The notes beneath the pieces are model-generated. The model worked only from the letters and a program-made list of their open reading frames with translations. It had not been told where the DNA came from and ran no database searches. A stretch of 64,000 nucleotides of DNA from Schizochytrium sp. TIO01. Lineage: Eukaryota; Protista; Bigyra: Labyrinthulomycetes. Where the stretch lies: assembly GCA_004764695.1 (NCBI GenBank), contig SMSO01000031.1, forward strand, positions 7,174,761 to 7,238,760. The letters run 5' to 3'. Positions 37,824 to 48,525 of this stretch are shown piece by piece. Numbering within the stretch: position 1 is the stretch's first letter; the number at the start of each line of letters is the position of its first letter. A program made the translations under genes and the position numbers.

Positions 37824-37931
37824 CATTCATTCATTCATTCATTCATTCATTCATTCATTCATTCATTCATTCATTCATTCATTCATTCATTCATTCATTC
37901 ATTCATTCATTCATTCATTCATTCATTCATT
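37824..37931. repeat. (CATT)27 microsatellite
   Basis: Perfect array seen directly. Confidence 0.97.
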
Positions 37932-39297
37932 GATCAATTTGTCCATCATCACATTGTGGCTGAGTTGAGGCATCGCCAATTCTGCGGATCTCTCTCTGCG
38001 TTTGCAGCGCCTTCGATCGATGTAAATGTTTACTTTTTAAGCGCATATGTCTGTCTACGCACGACAGCAAAACCGACGGACGACAGCTACTCAGGGTTAT
38101 TACATTACAATTCGTTTGGTTGGGTTATGATGATTCCGGGTTCAAGAGGCGAACAAACTCCAACAATGTCGAATGCGCCACGCGGTGCGACTTGTCCAAC
38201 AATCTTGGAGAACCTTGGCCCATCCTCGAGCAGTTTGAGCGAACAGCAAAGCTCATTCATCAGGAGCCGCGGAGCAATCGACCAATCTGGGTTGTTTGGA
38301 GGCATAATGATCGAATGCCTATCTCGAGTCTCTTTTCTTAAAAGGAAACTGAAAATTACGGAATTATAGCGACTCCAAGTCAAGATTACAGAGATCCTTG
38401 TGAACGTGACGGGGGGCGTGGAAAGCTCAGGGTCTGCACATGATGATGGTGATGATGAGGGAGCTTGTTGGACTGTTTGTTGTTCGTTTGTTCTATTGTT
38501 CGATTGCTGCGCATCGGTTAATACAAGGCATTGGCCCTGATGTAAGCCTCGCTCGTGGCTTGAAAGACCCCAAATCTTTGGCGCTTCCCAATACTAAACT
38601 TGTATGAAATCCTCCAAGGCATCTTCAATTGTGCCAACCCGATTCCCCGATTTTACTGTTTATAATAGGAGAGGCTATGCACCCACGCGCGAGCAGGCAA
38701 AGGAGCGGCGGTTTATGATAGGTGGAACTTTGGCGACCTTTGAAACTTGGTGCCCATGTACCCCTTTTGGAAAGCACCAAAGTGAGCTTGGTTCTGCTTA
38801 GTTTTGTTTAGTTTAGTTTAGTTTAGTTTAGCTTTGTTTCTGGGTGTTCAAGATCCTCATCATGCACGCGAGCAGTTCCCTATTTGCAGGACCCTGGGCA
38901 TTCCGGCCTAGCTCGAGGCAAGACGCACGTCGCGATTTGTACTCCTGACTCGTCTTTGTAACTTCTTCTTCAGCCAACAGACATACAGGAGACCGAACAG
39001 ACCTTGAGGGCTTTGTGCGTGTTCGATTGCTTGTTTACAGGGACTTTGTTGTGATAGCTCTTGAAAGCAAACAAACTTGGGCGCCCTTGGCAAGCAAGGT
39101 ATCTTTGAAACCAAAACCAAAAGGGTCAGAGCGGGGTGCCCAAGAGAAGTAGCGCAGTGCAAAATTCGACTGGATTTGACCTGTAGTCAGTGGGCTGAGC
39201 TAGGCGCTGCACCTGCTCTACTTACAGAGTCAAGCCTTATTTCTTTATTCGCGCGTTTGACCCTTCTTCTGACAGGACAGAAACGGAGGCAGCCAGG

Positions 39298-40869
39298 ATG
39301 GAAAATCCTTCCCAGAGCAATGAAGACCACCCTATACATCAGCAAGACAATGGCAATACAACAGATGAGTACGCAGCAATTTTTCTTCGTGATGAAAACG
39401 ACAATGATGCTGAAGAAGATGACCCAGGACTGATTGATGACGCGCAAGCTTGGAAGCTCGGGTCAATGACTATGTACATCGCACCTGTTTTGTTCTTCTT
39501 TACTCTGCAAAGCATGATTCTTCAGAGTATGATGCCCTCAGTTGCTGCAAACTGGTTTGCGGACTGCACACCTTCGGACGAAGTGGTTTACAATAAGTGT
39601 AAACCAAACTACGCAACCGCACAAGCAGTTTCAGGAGCGGTAGACTCTGTCAGTAATCTTTTCTCGTTTTTCTCTGCTGCTCTGCTTGGTAGACTGTCTG
39701 ATGTGTATGGGCGCCGGCCGCTGCTTGTGCTTACGATTATGGTCAGCATGCTGCCAAGTCTGGCGCTTGTACTTACCGCAGGAGCGTCACCAATTGCCTA
39801 CTATGCATCGATTATACTATCTGGGATTCTCGGCACAAGCACATCGGGGTTCTCAGCTATTGCAATCTTTCATTCTTTTATTGCAGATACTTATACTGCG
39901 CGTGTCCGTTCAACGCACATGGGTGTCTTTACAGCCATGTCTGCACTCGGGTTGGTATGCAATCCTCTCTTGGGCAAAATCACAAAAGGGTTTGATATTT
40001 CTCAAGCTGCCTTTCTAGCTATCTGCATATGCGCTGCTTTGGTTGGATATATCATTACTTTCGTCAAAGAGTCTTTGCCGAAATCTCGGCGTAACAAGTT
40101 TGCATTTAGACGTACACTCAACCCTTGCGCCCCGATGCGTTTACTCACACAATCGTCAATCATGCGGTGGACATCATTTATATACCTTTTAATGATGCTC
40201 CCTACGGCAGGCGTTCGTGAGATTGCTCTCTCGTACTTTGATGAGGTTCTTAATTTGGACGGAGACGAAGCACGTGAATTCAGCACTATCTTCTTTGCTA
40301 TGTTTGGTGGAGTAATGTTCTTCTCCATGGTCTTTGTGCTTCCTATCTTCGAATATTTCCAAGTACATGGCACTACTATCCTTCTTGTCAGTCAAATCTT
40401 CAACTTTATCCATATGATGCTGTACGTCAGCCTCTACCTTTTCCCGTACAAATTTATTGTTTACCTGAATGTAGCCCCGCTGATAATGTCATCCCTTGGA
40501 AATGTTGCTGCAACAGTTATCGTGTCCTCAGCGATGGGTATGAAAGAGCAAGGCTTCGCGTTAGGTACTTTGGGTGCAGTTGGAGGCCTTGCAAGTGTGG
40601 TTGGCCCCTTTTGCTTCTCCGAGCTTTTTGCGTACTTCTCCAGAAGTCCAATGAATTTCCCGCAAGCCCCCTATGTGGTGGGAGCACTTTCATCATGCAT
40701 TGCTGTATTCTTCTGTGCATTCAGCCCTCTCCGGTCTTTAGAGGTTCATTCAAAACGCCTAATATTCTCCTCCCATTCGCGCTTGTACGATGACATGCCT
40801 GATCTTGACCAGGAGGTGCTTCCGGATGACTCGGCAGCTCCTTTGCTCCCTGCTTCTTCCTCCGCCTGA
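39298..40869 (+). CDS. Major facilitator superfamily transporter (MFSD14/HIAT1, tetracycline-efflux-like)
   Basis: Motif A GRLSDVYGRRP, about 12 hydrophobic segments, and ESL..RR, LNP and EQGFALG..VVGP motifs typical of this clade. Confidence 0.9.
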   Translation: MENPSQSNEDHPIHQQDNGNTTDEYAAIFLRDENDNDAEEDDPGLIDDAQAWKLGSMTMYIAPVLFFFTLQSMILQSMMPSVAANWFADCTPSDEVVYNKCKPNYATAQAVSGAVDSVSNLFSFFSAALLGRLSDVYGRRPLLVLTIMVSMLPSLALVLTAGASPIAYYASIILSGILGTSTSGFSAIAIFHSFIADTYTARVRSTHMGVFTAMSALGLVCNPLLGKITKGFDISQAAFLAICICAALVGYIITFVKESLPKSRRNKFAFRRTLNPCAPMRLLTQSSIMRWTSFIYLLMMLPTAGVREIALSYFDEVLNLDGDEAREFSTIFFAMFGGVMFFSMVFVLPIFEYFQVHGTTILLVSQIFNFIHMMLYVSLYLFPYKFIVYLNVAPLIMSSLGNVAATVIVSSAMGMKEQGFALGTLGAVGGLASVVGPFCFSELFAYFSRSPMNFPQAPYVVGALSSCIAVFFCAFSPLRSLEVHSKRLIFSSHSRLYDDMPDLDQEVLPDDSAAPLLPASSSA

Positions 40870-41334
40870 CGTAATTTACACATCACCTGTCCTTATCTGA
40901 AAAGTACTTATCGTTCTATATTGAAGCCCCCTTGCCTTTTCCTACATTGAACAAGGCACACAACCATAATAACGTCTTTCAGAAGCCTGTACAACGTATC
41001 ATAAGGTCTTTGGTCAACGGAATTACACCATCATTTGATGAAACAAGCAAGACCTAGTCGAGTCAATATCTATATACTAAATATTATTGTAATTAATTAT
41101 ACGCCTTCTTTCATTTTCACGAGAGGTGTTATTATATTTTCTATTTTCGTATCTTGGGAACACTTTATGAATCCTGCGGCCAACTCCCAGTCAAAATTAC
41201 CAATAGAGAGAATTGGGCATGATTAAAAGCATCTTAAATTTTTAAATTATTGCGCAATGTAAATACAAACCGAGGGAGCTTGGTCACAGAAGTACACTGA
41301 TGTCAATCGTATGGCAACTCTTTCTGAGAATCAT

Positions 41335-42057
41335 TCAATGCACAAGCTCGATGAGGTGTTTGCCGCCGTTCCACTCTAGATAAATGTCTTCACCATCCAA
41401 GATGAAATGTTGTGACAGCTGCACAGCAAGGTGCGACCGGACTAAAGCTCGTTCACCTTTCATACGTTTGTGCTCACGAATTGGATAGTAGAGACGGTCG
41501 GTGTCAGATGCCCATTGCAACAGACTAGGGTCGAAGGGCTCTTTCATGTCCGAGGCGTACATGAGATACTCCTTGCCATCTTCTTCATCCGTCTCGAGGC
41601 GATCAAACACGATAGGGGTATCGGCAGGGTGAATGTAGTTCATTTCCTTTCCGCATGGTGAGACATACGGGTATTCCTCAAATTCGCCCAGGGTGTTGGG
41701 GCGCAGACGCGTGAAGAAGAAGTTGAGAAACTTGGGCGACTTGAGCGAGGTGGCAATGTTTTTAGGAAGCATATCCTCCAAAAAAAGCCTTCCGAGCAGG
41801 TCAACATGGTAAAAGTACTTGCGGTCGTGCGAGTGTTTTTCATAAAACTCAGGAGACTTGATTTGCGCCTTTTGCAGCTCCTCAGCGTATCGAGGCTCTG
41901 CGTCAGCGTTTCTGGCGACTTCCGCAGCATCCTCATCCCGAGTGCTACTGCTCAGACCACGACCGAAAGCAACGGGAAACCTAGCTCGAGACTCTCCCTG
42001 AAGCCGAAAGGGGGCAGCACCGACTCGAGCGGCGCTCCTCGACAAAAAGGCTCTCAT
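41335..42057 (-). CDS. UPF0598 / C8orf82 (DUF4505) homolog with a predicted mitochondrial presequence
   Basis: RKYFYHVDLLGRLFL..KN..LK.PKFL.FFF.RLRPN..YPYVSPCGKE.N....DTPIVF matches the family pattern. The N-terminus from ATG 42057 is Arg/Ala/Ser-rich. Confidence 0.85.
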   Translation of the reverse strand: MRAFLSRSAARVGAAPFRLQGESRARFPVAFGRGLSSSTRDEDAAEVARNADAEPRYAEELQKAQIKSPEFYEKHSHDRKYFYHVDLLGRLFLEDMLPKNIATSLKSPKFLNFFFTRLRPNTLGEFEEYPYVSPCGKEMNYIHPADTPIVFDRLETDEEDGKEYLMYASDMKEPFDPSLLQWASDTDRLYYPIREHKRMKGERALVRSHLAVQLSQHFILDGEDIYLEWNGGKHLIELVH

Positions 42058-42747
42058 GGATGCTCTCGAACTGATTTGGTTTATTTGCAAGTTTAGCACG
42101 TCTCACAAGGAGTTATAAAAACTAATACCAATCTACAGCACTATGACAAGACTTAAAATTGCTTGTTTACTTTGATTGCCTTTTGCCCACTTTCTTCGTA
42201 CCTAGATTGCCCCCCAGCGCATATAAGATGATGAAGGTTATGATAAGGATGGTGTTGGTGACGATGAGGTGTTGTTTTGCTGAGCAACGTTACGTTCTTG
42301 ATGAAGTCAAATATCATTCTAAGTGGTTCTAAATGAAGATTCTTAGTGCCTGGAATTGGGTTATGCCATGTTACAAACAAACAAGCTTTGGGCGATTAGG
42401 CCTGGAATACATAGTTATGCGATAGGTAGTAGCGCTTGCGTTGCGGATTCAATCCGATTGCACACATGTGTCTGTAGCATAAAGATATTTGATTTTCGCT
42501 CATGAATTTGTCTTTTGTTTGATTAAAAACGAAAGAATGAGTTAATTTATTTTGGAGGGTGCCATTTCGTACCCCCTAAAGCTAATCTAGAATAGAAAAA
42601 TGCGCAATTGGTTAATTTTAACCCCAAGCAGTGAACTGGGAAACCCGACCTCCCCAGGAAGAGATGATCCTATAATCTTCTTTTGTTTCGGCCGAAACAA
42701 GAAGTTTCACTCCCTGAATATCTATGGCGCCGAGACCACCTGAGTAA

Positions 42748-42909
<162 letters not shown>

Positions 42910-43348
42910 GGAAGGTACCTATCTATTTATCTACATACCTACCTACATAATATATCCTATTTCATGGCTTGATAACAAATTCTTTCTTCTTCAGCTCTGG
43001 TTTCTGCTTTTTAAAATTGATTGAAAAATAAGAAAAGAAACACTGGCGATGATTCATTGATCTCTTGGTTTCAATCTTCACCGTGGCAGTCATCAAACTA
43101 AAACGCGGCCCAGCCTCGTCTTGCCCAACTTCTGTGGCGTTCACAGGCTTGTTGGGGCTTCTGTGAGACACTGGAGACTCGGGCACGGCCGGTTCGCAGC
43201 CAAGATTAAACAGCGCTGAGCTTGGTGGAGCGGACTTAGCGAGTCGTCGCCCTCTCAGCCCGCCTTGGCCACACCAAATTATATCTTTTATCTCTCATTT
43301 TTGCCTAGTATAATTCCACACAACGGCGGGTATTCGTAGAACAGAGCA

Positions 43349-44113
43349 ATGTCAGGCGTGCAAGTTGCAGGGCGTGGCAAAAGCCAGTTGTCAAATTTCA
43401 GGTTGGTGTATGCTGTAGTGGCTCGTGGCATAACCCCGTTGGCAGAATACACATCAACATCGGGAAACTTTCCAAGCGTGTCTCGGGTTCTACTCGGCAA
43501 AATTCAGACAAGTGATCAGGCTCGAATGTCCTATGTCTACGATGCGTACGCCTTCCACTACGTGGCGGAGGCAGGTATCATATATATGTGCTTAACAGAA
43601 GAGCAGTTTCCACGAAGGTTGGCGTTTGCATTTTTAGAGGATATCAAAGAACGATTCAAGGCAACTTATCCGCGCGAGGCGATGATTGAGGCAACATCAC
43701 TTGGTTTCAATGACGGATTTGCAAGGGTACTACGTAAGCAAATTGATTTTTATGCTGACCCGACGCGATCAGCCGCCTCATATGTAAATCGTGCGTGGAT
43801 GTCGACGAACTCGAATCAACCGTCACAAGGTCCTGCCATGGCGAATGTTGAGAAATTGCTTCGTCGAGGAGAAAAGATTGAGTTGCTTGTAGAAGGGGAT
43901 GAATCAACAGCTAGTCAAGATCAAAATGGAAGAAGTTCTCGTGGAATGAGCACCTTGCGTCTTGACTCTCGCAACGCGAGGCCCCGTGGTGGTCCCCTAT
44001 CTCACCTTCGATCAGTTCGTGGCCTATTTCTTTTATTTGTTGTGATTGTTGTCCTCGTAGTCTCCATCGTATCTTCAGTTTGCGGCGGATTGAGTTTACC
44101 GGAGTGCCAATGA
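43349..44113 (+). CDS. VAMP7/VAMP71-like longin protein with a degenerate R-SNARE motif
   Basis: Longin domain (LVYAVVARG..LAEY..GNF..RMSYVYD.Y.FHY..RRLAFAFLEDIK.RF), SNARE remnant NVEKLLRRGEKIELLV, C-terminal TM and luminal CGGLSLPEC. Confidence 0.9.
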   Translation: MSGVQVAGRGKSQLSNFRLVYAVVARGITPLAEYTSTSGNFPSVSRVLLGKIQTSDQARMSYVYDAYAFHYVAEAGIIYMCLTEEQFPRRLAFAFLEDIKERFKATYPREAMIEATSLGFNDGFARVLRKQIDFYADPTRSAASYVNRAWMSTNSNQPSQGPAMANVEKLLRRGEKIELLVEGDESTASQDQNGRSSRGMSTLRLDSRNARPRGGPLSHLRSVRGLFLLFVVIVVLVVSIVSSVCGGLSLPECQ

Positions 44114-44476
44114 CAAATCTTCGTTCACTCGACATTATTTATTGTAGCACCAAGAGAAGAGACCCTAGATTTAGAATGTAACGTGTACCAAATTTTACTT
44201 TAATTGGCAAAGCGTTATCACCATAATTGAGAAAAGCAGCCTCAACCTAGCGCTTATTAATTGACAACGATGTGCAGCTGTCCAACTTGAGCTACAACAC
44301 TTAATGCGCTTTTCGCAGCAATAATATAAATTTTAAGTTTCCTAAGCATACAAATACAAGGGAGCAAGATTATACAACGACCCTCCTCATCAAATTAAAT
44401 TGGACTATTTGGAAAACTCTTTTTACAAGAAAACAGAAAGATTCTTAGACTTATAGCTTGAACTTTGCTCAACATA

Positions 44477-47227
44477 TTAGTTGCCGCGCCCGCCGCGTCC
44501 ACCACGGCGCCTGCGATTGTTATTTCTGTTGTTATTGTTGTTGTTGTTGTTGTTGTTGTTGCTGCTGCTGCTGTTATTGTTGTTATTGTTGTTGTTGTTG
44601 TTGTTGCCGCCGTTGTTGTTATTATTATTATTACCACGACGCCGGTTATTATTGCTGTTGTTGTTACCACGGTCATTAGTTCCGCCATTTCGACCATTGT
44701 CTAAACGTTGACGCTTAGGTTGCTGCTCGTTGTTGCCGTTACCGCCATTGTCTCCGGACCTCCCCTGGTCACGGCGGGAGCGTTGCTGCCTGTTATTGTT
44801 ATTGTTATTGTTGTTACCCCGGCGCCGCTTCCGAACATGGTTCCCTCCTTGGCGGCTCTGGTTGTCTCCGTCACCTGTGTCATCACCTGCGTTTTCGGCT
44901 TGACCTTGGCTGCCAGCATCGGCGTTCTGGACATTGTCACTCTGATCAAATCCAGGGCTTCTGCGAGAGTCATCCTGATTACCATCATCACGAGTGCCAT
45001 TCATATCAGCATCACTTCGTCCACGGCGACGGAAGTCTTCGTCTTGATCTTGGTCGTCATCGTCATAAGGACGGTCGTAAGCCCTGTCATTATTACCACC
45101 ACCATAGGCTGCGCGGTCACCCGGTCTGTTATCAAAATCGCGATCGCGGGACAGAGACCGTGGGCGCATACCCTCATTGTCTCGGGGGGAGTAATCACGC
45201 GGTGGGTATCTACGATCAATGTTGTTGTCAGGGCGACCTCCACGGCGGCCATTGCCTCGATAGTCTCGTGGGTCTCCACGGTTGTCCCATCCTTGATCTC
45301 TGCCACCTGGGTATGCTGGGCTTCCGCTTCTGCCTTGTACCCTCGGAGGGCTGCGTTCCCAGCGACCATAGCCTCCCCTGTTGTAAGGCGGACCTCCTTG
45401 ACGAGGAGGACTTCGCCGGTCATAGTCCCAGCCTCCGCGAGGATCGCGGTTACGAGGGCTTGGGCTGCGGTCTCGTCGCGGGTAGCCACGATAATATGGA
45501 GGACGGTCTCGATTGTCGTAGTCGTATCGATCATTGTAATATCCATCATCAGGGTAGGGACGGCGTCTCATGTCTGGAGGAGCATACCGGTTGCTCGGAG
45601 GCGATCGATTTCTACCATACGGGTCATACGAACGAGCTCCATAAGGTTCGTAGGGACCACGATTATTGTTGCTATTGTTATTGCGTGAGCTGAGCTGTCC
45701 CCAGCCAGAGCCCGATGATGCTGAGGGGTGGTGGCCCGTGGAACCACTGGGGGAAACAGGGGTGTGACCAGAGTTGTCTCCACTTTGGGCTGCGGCTTGC
45801 TCACCGTCCTTTTCAGATTCACCTCCTTCACGCTCTTCACCTGACTGATCTTCAGGCTTGTCTCCGGTTGTGGCATCTTTCGAAGTTTCACCTTCTGCAT
45901 CATCATTGGAGTGATCAGCAGAAGCGGAAGCTTCATGAGTCTCTTCAAGTTTAGGTGCGCCTAGGTCCAGGATGGCATCAGGGCGTGAGTAGGATTTGGA
46001 ATCCATCAGGCGGCGTTGCCGTTCGTTCTCGGTCATGGCAGCAGCACGCTCCTTTTCAAGCGCTGCGCCGGACTCGAGTTTGTCGCGCTGATCCTCAAGG
46101 AAATCAGCCACACGTTTTCGCAAGACATAGTTGGGACGCAATTGATCCAAGCTAATATTTTTGGTCTGGCACAAGGGACAAACAAATTGACTTTTTACAA
46201 GTGCTTCTTGAATGTCCTCAGCGCTGCAAGCTTTGTTGCAGCACGGGAGTACAACAGCATCCCGGATAAGTCTTCCGGTTAACTCACAAAGCAATTCTTT
46301 AGGCACACTGGCCACATCGATTCTCTTTCGCAATTCGTCATCCGAGAGGCGCGAAGTTACGCCTCCATCTGCCTTGACTCGCTCTTGAAACTTGGAATCT
46401 GACTGGAAACGACCCCAGCCGGCGCTTCGGGAAGGAGCTTGGGCGGGAGCTCCATCAGTTGCTGCGGCGTTGGCTCCAGCTGCTTCTTCGCCAGCTGCTG
46501 CCTCGGTAGTCTTGGCGGCTGTTGCTGTTGTTGCAGCAGCAGCGGCAGCAGCAGCAGCAGCAGAATCACTGTTTGCAAGAAAGCTTTTCGGAATACCTTT
46601 GTTGCCTTGGGCAGGGTTCTGAGCGTGCTGGCGCCCGAAACCGGAGTAGCCATTGACGCCGGAAATGGAGGATCCTGGAGGCCCCGACATATTGGATCGG
46701 GCTTGTCTGCCACGTTGCCTTCGCATTTGGTCTTTCATTTGCCTGCTTTTTTGAGATGCCATCTGTGCGATTTTTGACGCGAGCCTATTGCTAGAGTCAT
46801 CAGCGTTGCCGCCAGCTGCGCTGCCACCTCCGGCATTGCCGTCAAGACCGTCGTCATCGCCTAGATCCTCTTCGTCAAAGACATCCATGGTCTGGCCTGG
46901 GTTGCCTGCGGCTGCAGCACTCATTGCAATATGCGAGGCACCGCTCTGATTGCGCAGAATCTTGGCTTGAAGACCGCCGCCAATGACCGGGACGCGCTGC
47001 ACGATGATCTGAACATTCTTAGGAATTCGCGTGTCATCTCCACGATAAACTTCACGTGTGGCAGCATTGGAGAGCACAAGTTCAAAGTCCTGGCCTTGCT
47101 TGCTCATAAGCCGTTTGCGCTCCACGATTCGTTGGGTCAAGTCACCAAGCGTGATGAAGTTTCCATTAAAGCTAATGAAATCAAAGTCTCGTGCACTCTT
47201 GAACTTATACGTCACTTTTGAGGGCAT
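44477..47227 (-). CDS. RBBP6/Mpe1-like protein (DWNN ubiquitin-like domain, GIPKSFL motif, RING/U-box-like domain, RS/RD-rich and poly-Asn tail)
   Basis: N-terminus V.YKFKSARDFD.I.F.G..I...DL...I....DFEL..SNA.T.EVY......IPKN..IIV.RVP is DWNN. Also GIPKSFL and ELLCELTGRLIRDAVVLPCC..CPLC..LRPNYVLR. ATG at 47227. Confidence 0.88.
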   Translation of the reverse strand: MPSKVTYKFKSARDFDFISFNGNFITLGDLTQRIVERKRLMSKQGQDFELVLSNAATREVYRGDDTRIPKNVQIIVQRVPVIGGGLQAKILRNQSGASHIAMSAAAAGNPGQTMDVFDEEDLGDDDGLDGNAGGGSAAGGNADDSSNRLASKIAQMASQKSRQMKDQMRRQRGRQARSNMSGPPGSSISGVNGYSGFGRQHAQNPAQGNKGIPKSFLANSDSAAAAAAAAAATTATAAKTTEAAAGEEAAGANAAATDGAPAQAPSRSAGWGRFQSDSKFQERVKADGGVTSRLSDDELRKRIDVASVPKELLCELTGRLIRDAVVLPCCNKACSAEDIQEALVKSQFVCPLCQTKNISLDQLRPNYVLRKRVADFLEDQRDKLESGAALEKERAAAMTENERQRRLMDSKSYSRPDAILDLGAPKLEETHEASASADHSNDDAEGETSKDATTGDKPEDQSGEEREGGESEKDGEQAAAQSGDNSGHTPVSPSGSTGHHPSASSGSGWGQLSSRNNNSNNNRGPYEPYGARSYDPYGRNRSPPSNRYAPPDMRRRPYPDDGYYNDRYDYDNRDRPPYYRGYPRRDRSPSPRNRDPRGGWDYDRRSPPRQGGPPYNRGGYGRWERSPPRVQGRSGSPAYPGGRDQGWDNRGDPRDYRGNGRRGGRPDNNIDRRYPPRDYSPRDNEGMRPRSLSRDRDFDNRPGDRAAYGGGNNDRAYDRPYDDDDQDQDEDFRRRGRSDADMNGTRDDGNQDDSRRSPGFDQSDNVQNADAGSQGQAENAGDDTGDGDNQSRQGGNHVRKRRRGNNNNNNNNRQQRSRRDQGRSGDNGGNGNNEQQPKRQRLDNGRNGGTNDRGNNNSNNNRRRGNNNNNNNGGNNNNNNNNNNNSSSSNNNNNNNNNNNRNNNRRRRGGRGGRGN
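44515..44665 (-). repeat. Coding (AAC/AAT)n trinucleotide tracts encoding poly-Asn
   Basis: GTT/ATT runs on the + strand within the C-terminus of the RBBP6-like gene. Confidence 0.9.
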
Positions 47228-48282
47228 CTTGGATGTGCTGATGAAAGCAAACTGCGCTGCTTGATAAGACACTGAAACAAGGTGTAGGCTTTGACAATAA
47301 GTGCAAGTTCCCAAGTTCTTGATTGCACTCGAACTGTATTCTTAAAAGTGTTGTTGTTGTCTTCCTTCGATTCGTGACGATTTCTATCGGTAGGAAAAAT
47401 AGGCAATGCAGATGACGAGCCTGGCAGTGCGGTGCAGTGCAGTGGATCGTAGCTGCGTCTATTCTCGCACGCCAAGACTAATTCCACCAGAATTTCTCCA
47501 GGGTTGCTCAATCTAGCCTAGCCTCAACTTTGACTAACGAAAATCAACCAGCAAGCTATAGCAAACGCGATACGACAATCTGTAGATTCGGCAAACTAGT
47601 AAGTTAGTTTGCAAGCAAAAGCAGAACAGAAGTTATAGTAGTTATTCACACTCAAGCGAAGTTGTTGCTCCCAAAACTATCGTGAGCTGGCCAAAGGCAA
47701 AGTGTAGCAGCCCAAAGCAGAAAGCAGAGCAGACAAGCTCTTGGTCAGCAAAGGTCAAACTTGCAGAGAATCAACTCCAGGCTACGCCAGAGGAGCCAAG
47801 CCTTGGGAAGGGAGCTGGGAAGTAGAATAGAAGTCGGAGTTGAGTCAGAGAAGAAGAAGAGAAGGAAAGAGAATAAAAGAGAGAACAATAAGAACGAAAC
47901 AATATCAACAATATCAACAACAACAACAACAATTGACACAGAGGCCTTAGCCGCGCCAATGCCGCGGCGGCCGGGCGCGGTGGCACCTCAAAGAGCCCGT
48001 GGGCGGTGCCGGGCGGAGCCGAGTCTAATGAGGCACCTCTTTACGAGCCTGCCGTGACCGTGGCCCTCAGCGCAAGCGGAGTGCTCGGCGACGGAAGCGG
48101 GTCACTGAGTGATTGAGTGATGTTTCTGCAGCTGCTTTCCTTTCCTTTCCTTTTCCCTCTTCATTCATTCATTCCTTTGACCCATATTGTTCATATATCA
48201 TCCACAGCTCTATTCATCACTTAGATCACCTTACCGCCTGACTATCCATCCTAACTAACTATCCCTACCAGTTAGCTACCCA

Positions 48283-48525
48283 ATATTGTTCCACATTGTT
48301 CCACGCTATTCCATCTTATCCTACGTTGTTCCATATTGTTCCACACTGTTCCCAAACATCCCATCTTATTCTGGATTATCCATCCCATCGCGTTCATACT
48401 CACTCCCTCTCTACTCGACGACTATCGCAGTGTTAGCGAGTACTAGGAGGCACAGGGCCCCCATAATTAATGTCTGCGTGTCCTTTCTGGACCGACGTAT
48501 TTTATTCTGGGCCGACGTATTTTAT
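48283..48525. repeat. Degenerate ATTGTTCCAC-like decamers (48283-48351) and a 20-bp tandem duplication (48486-48525)
   Basis: tctggaccgacgtattttat followed by tctgggccgacgtattttat; upstream, repeated (a/g)ttgttcca(c/t) units. Confidence 0.75.

Noticed and set aside
44395-45693. Several long antisense or alternate-frame ORFs (poly-V, poly-L, poly-C, 326 aa)
   Set aside because: Shadows of the low-complexity trinucleotide-rich tail of the RBBP6-like gene.
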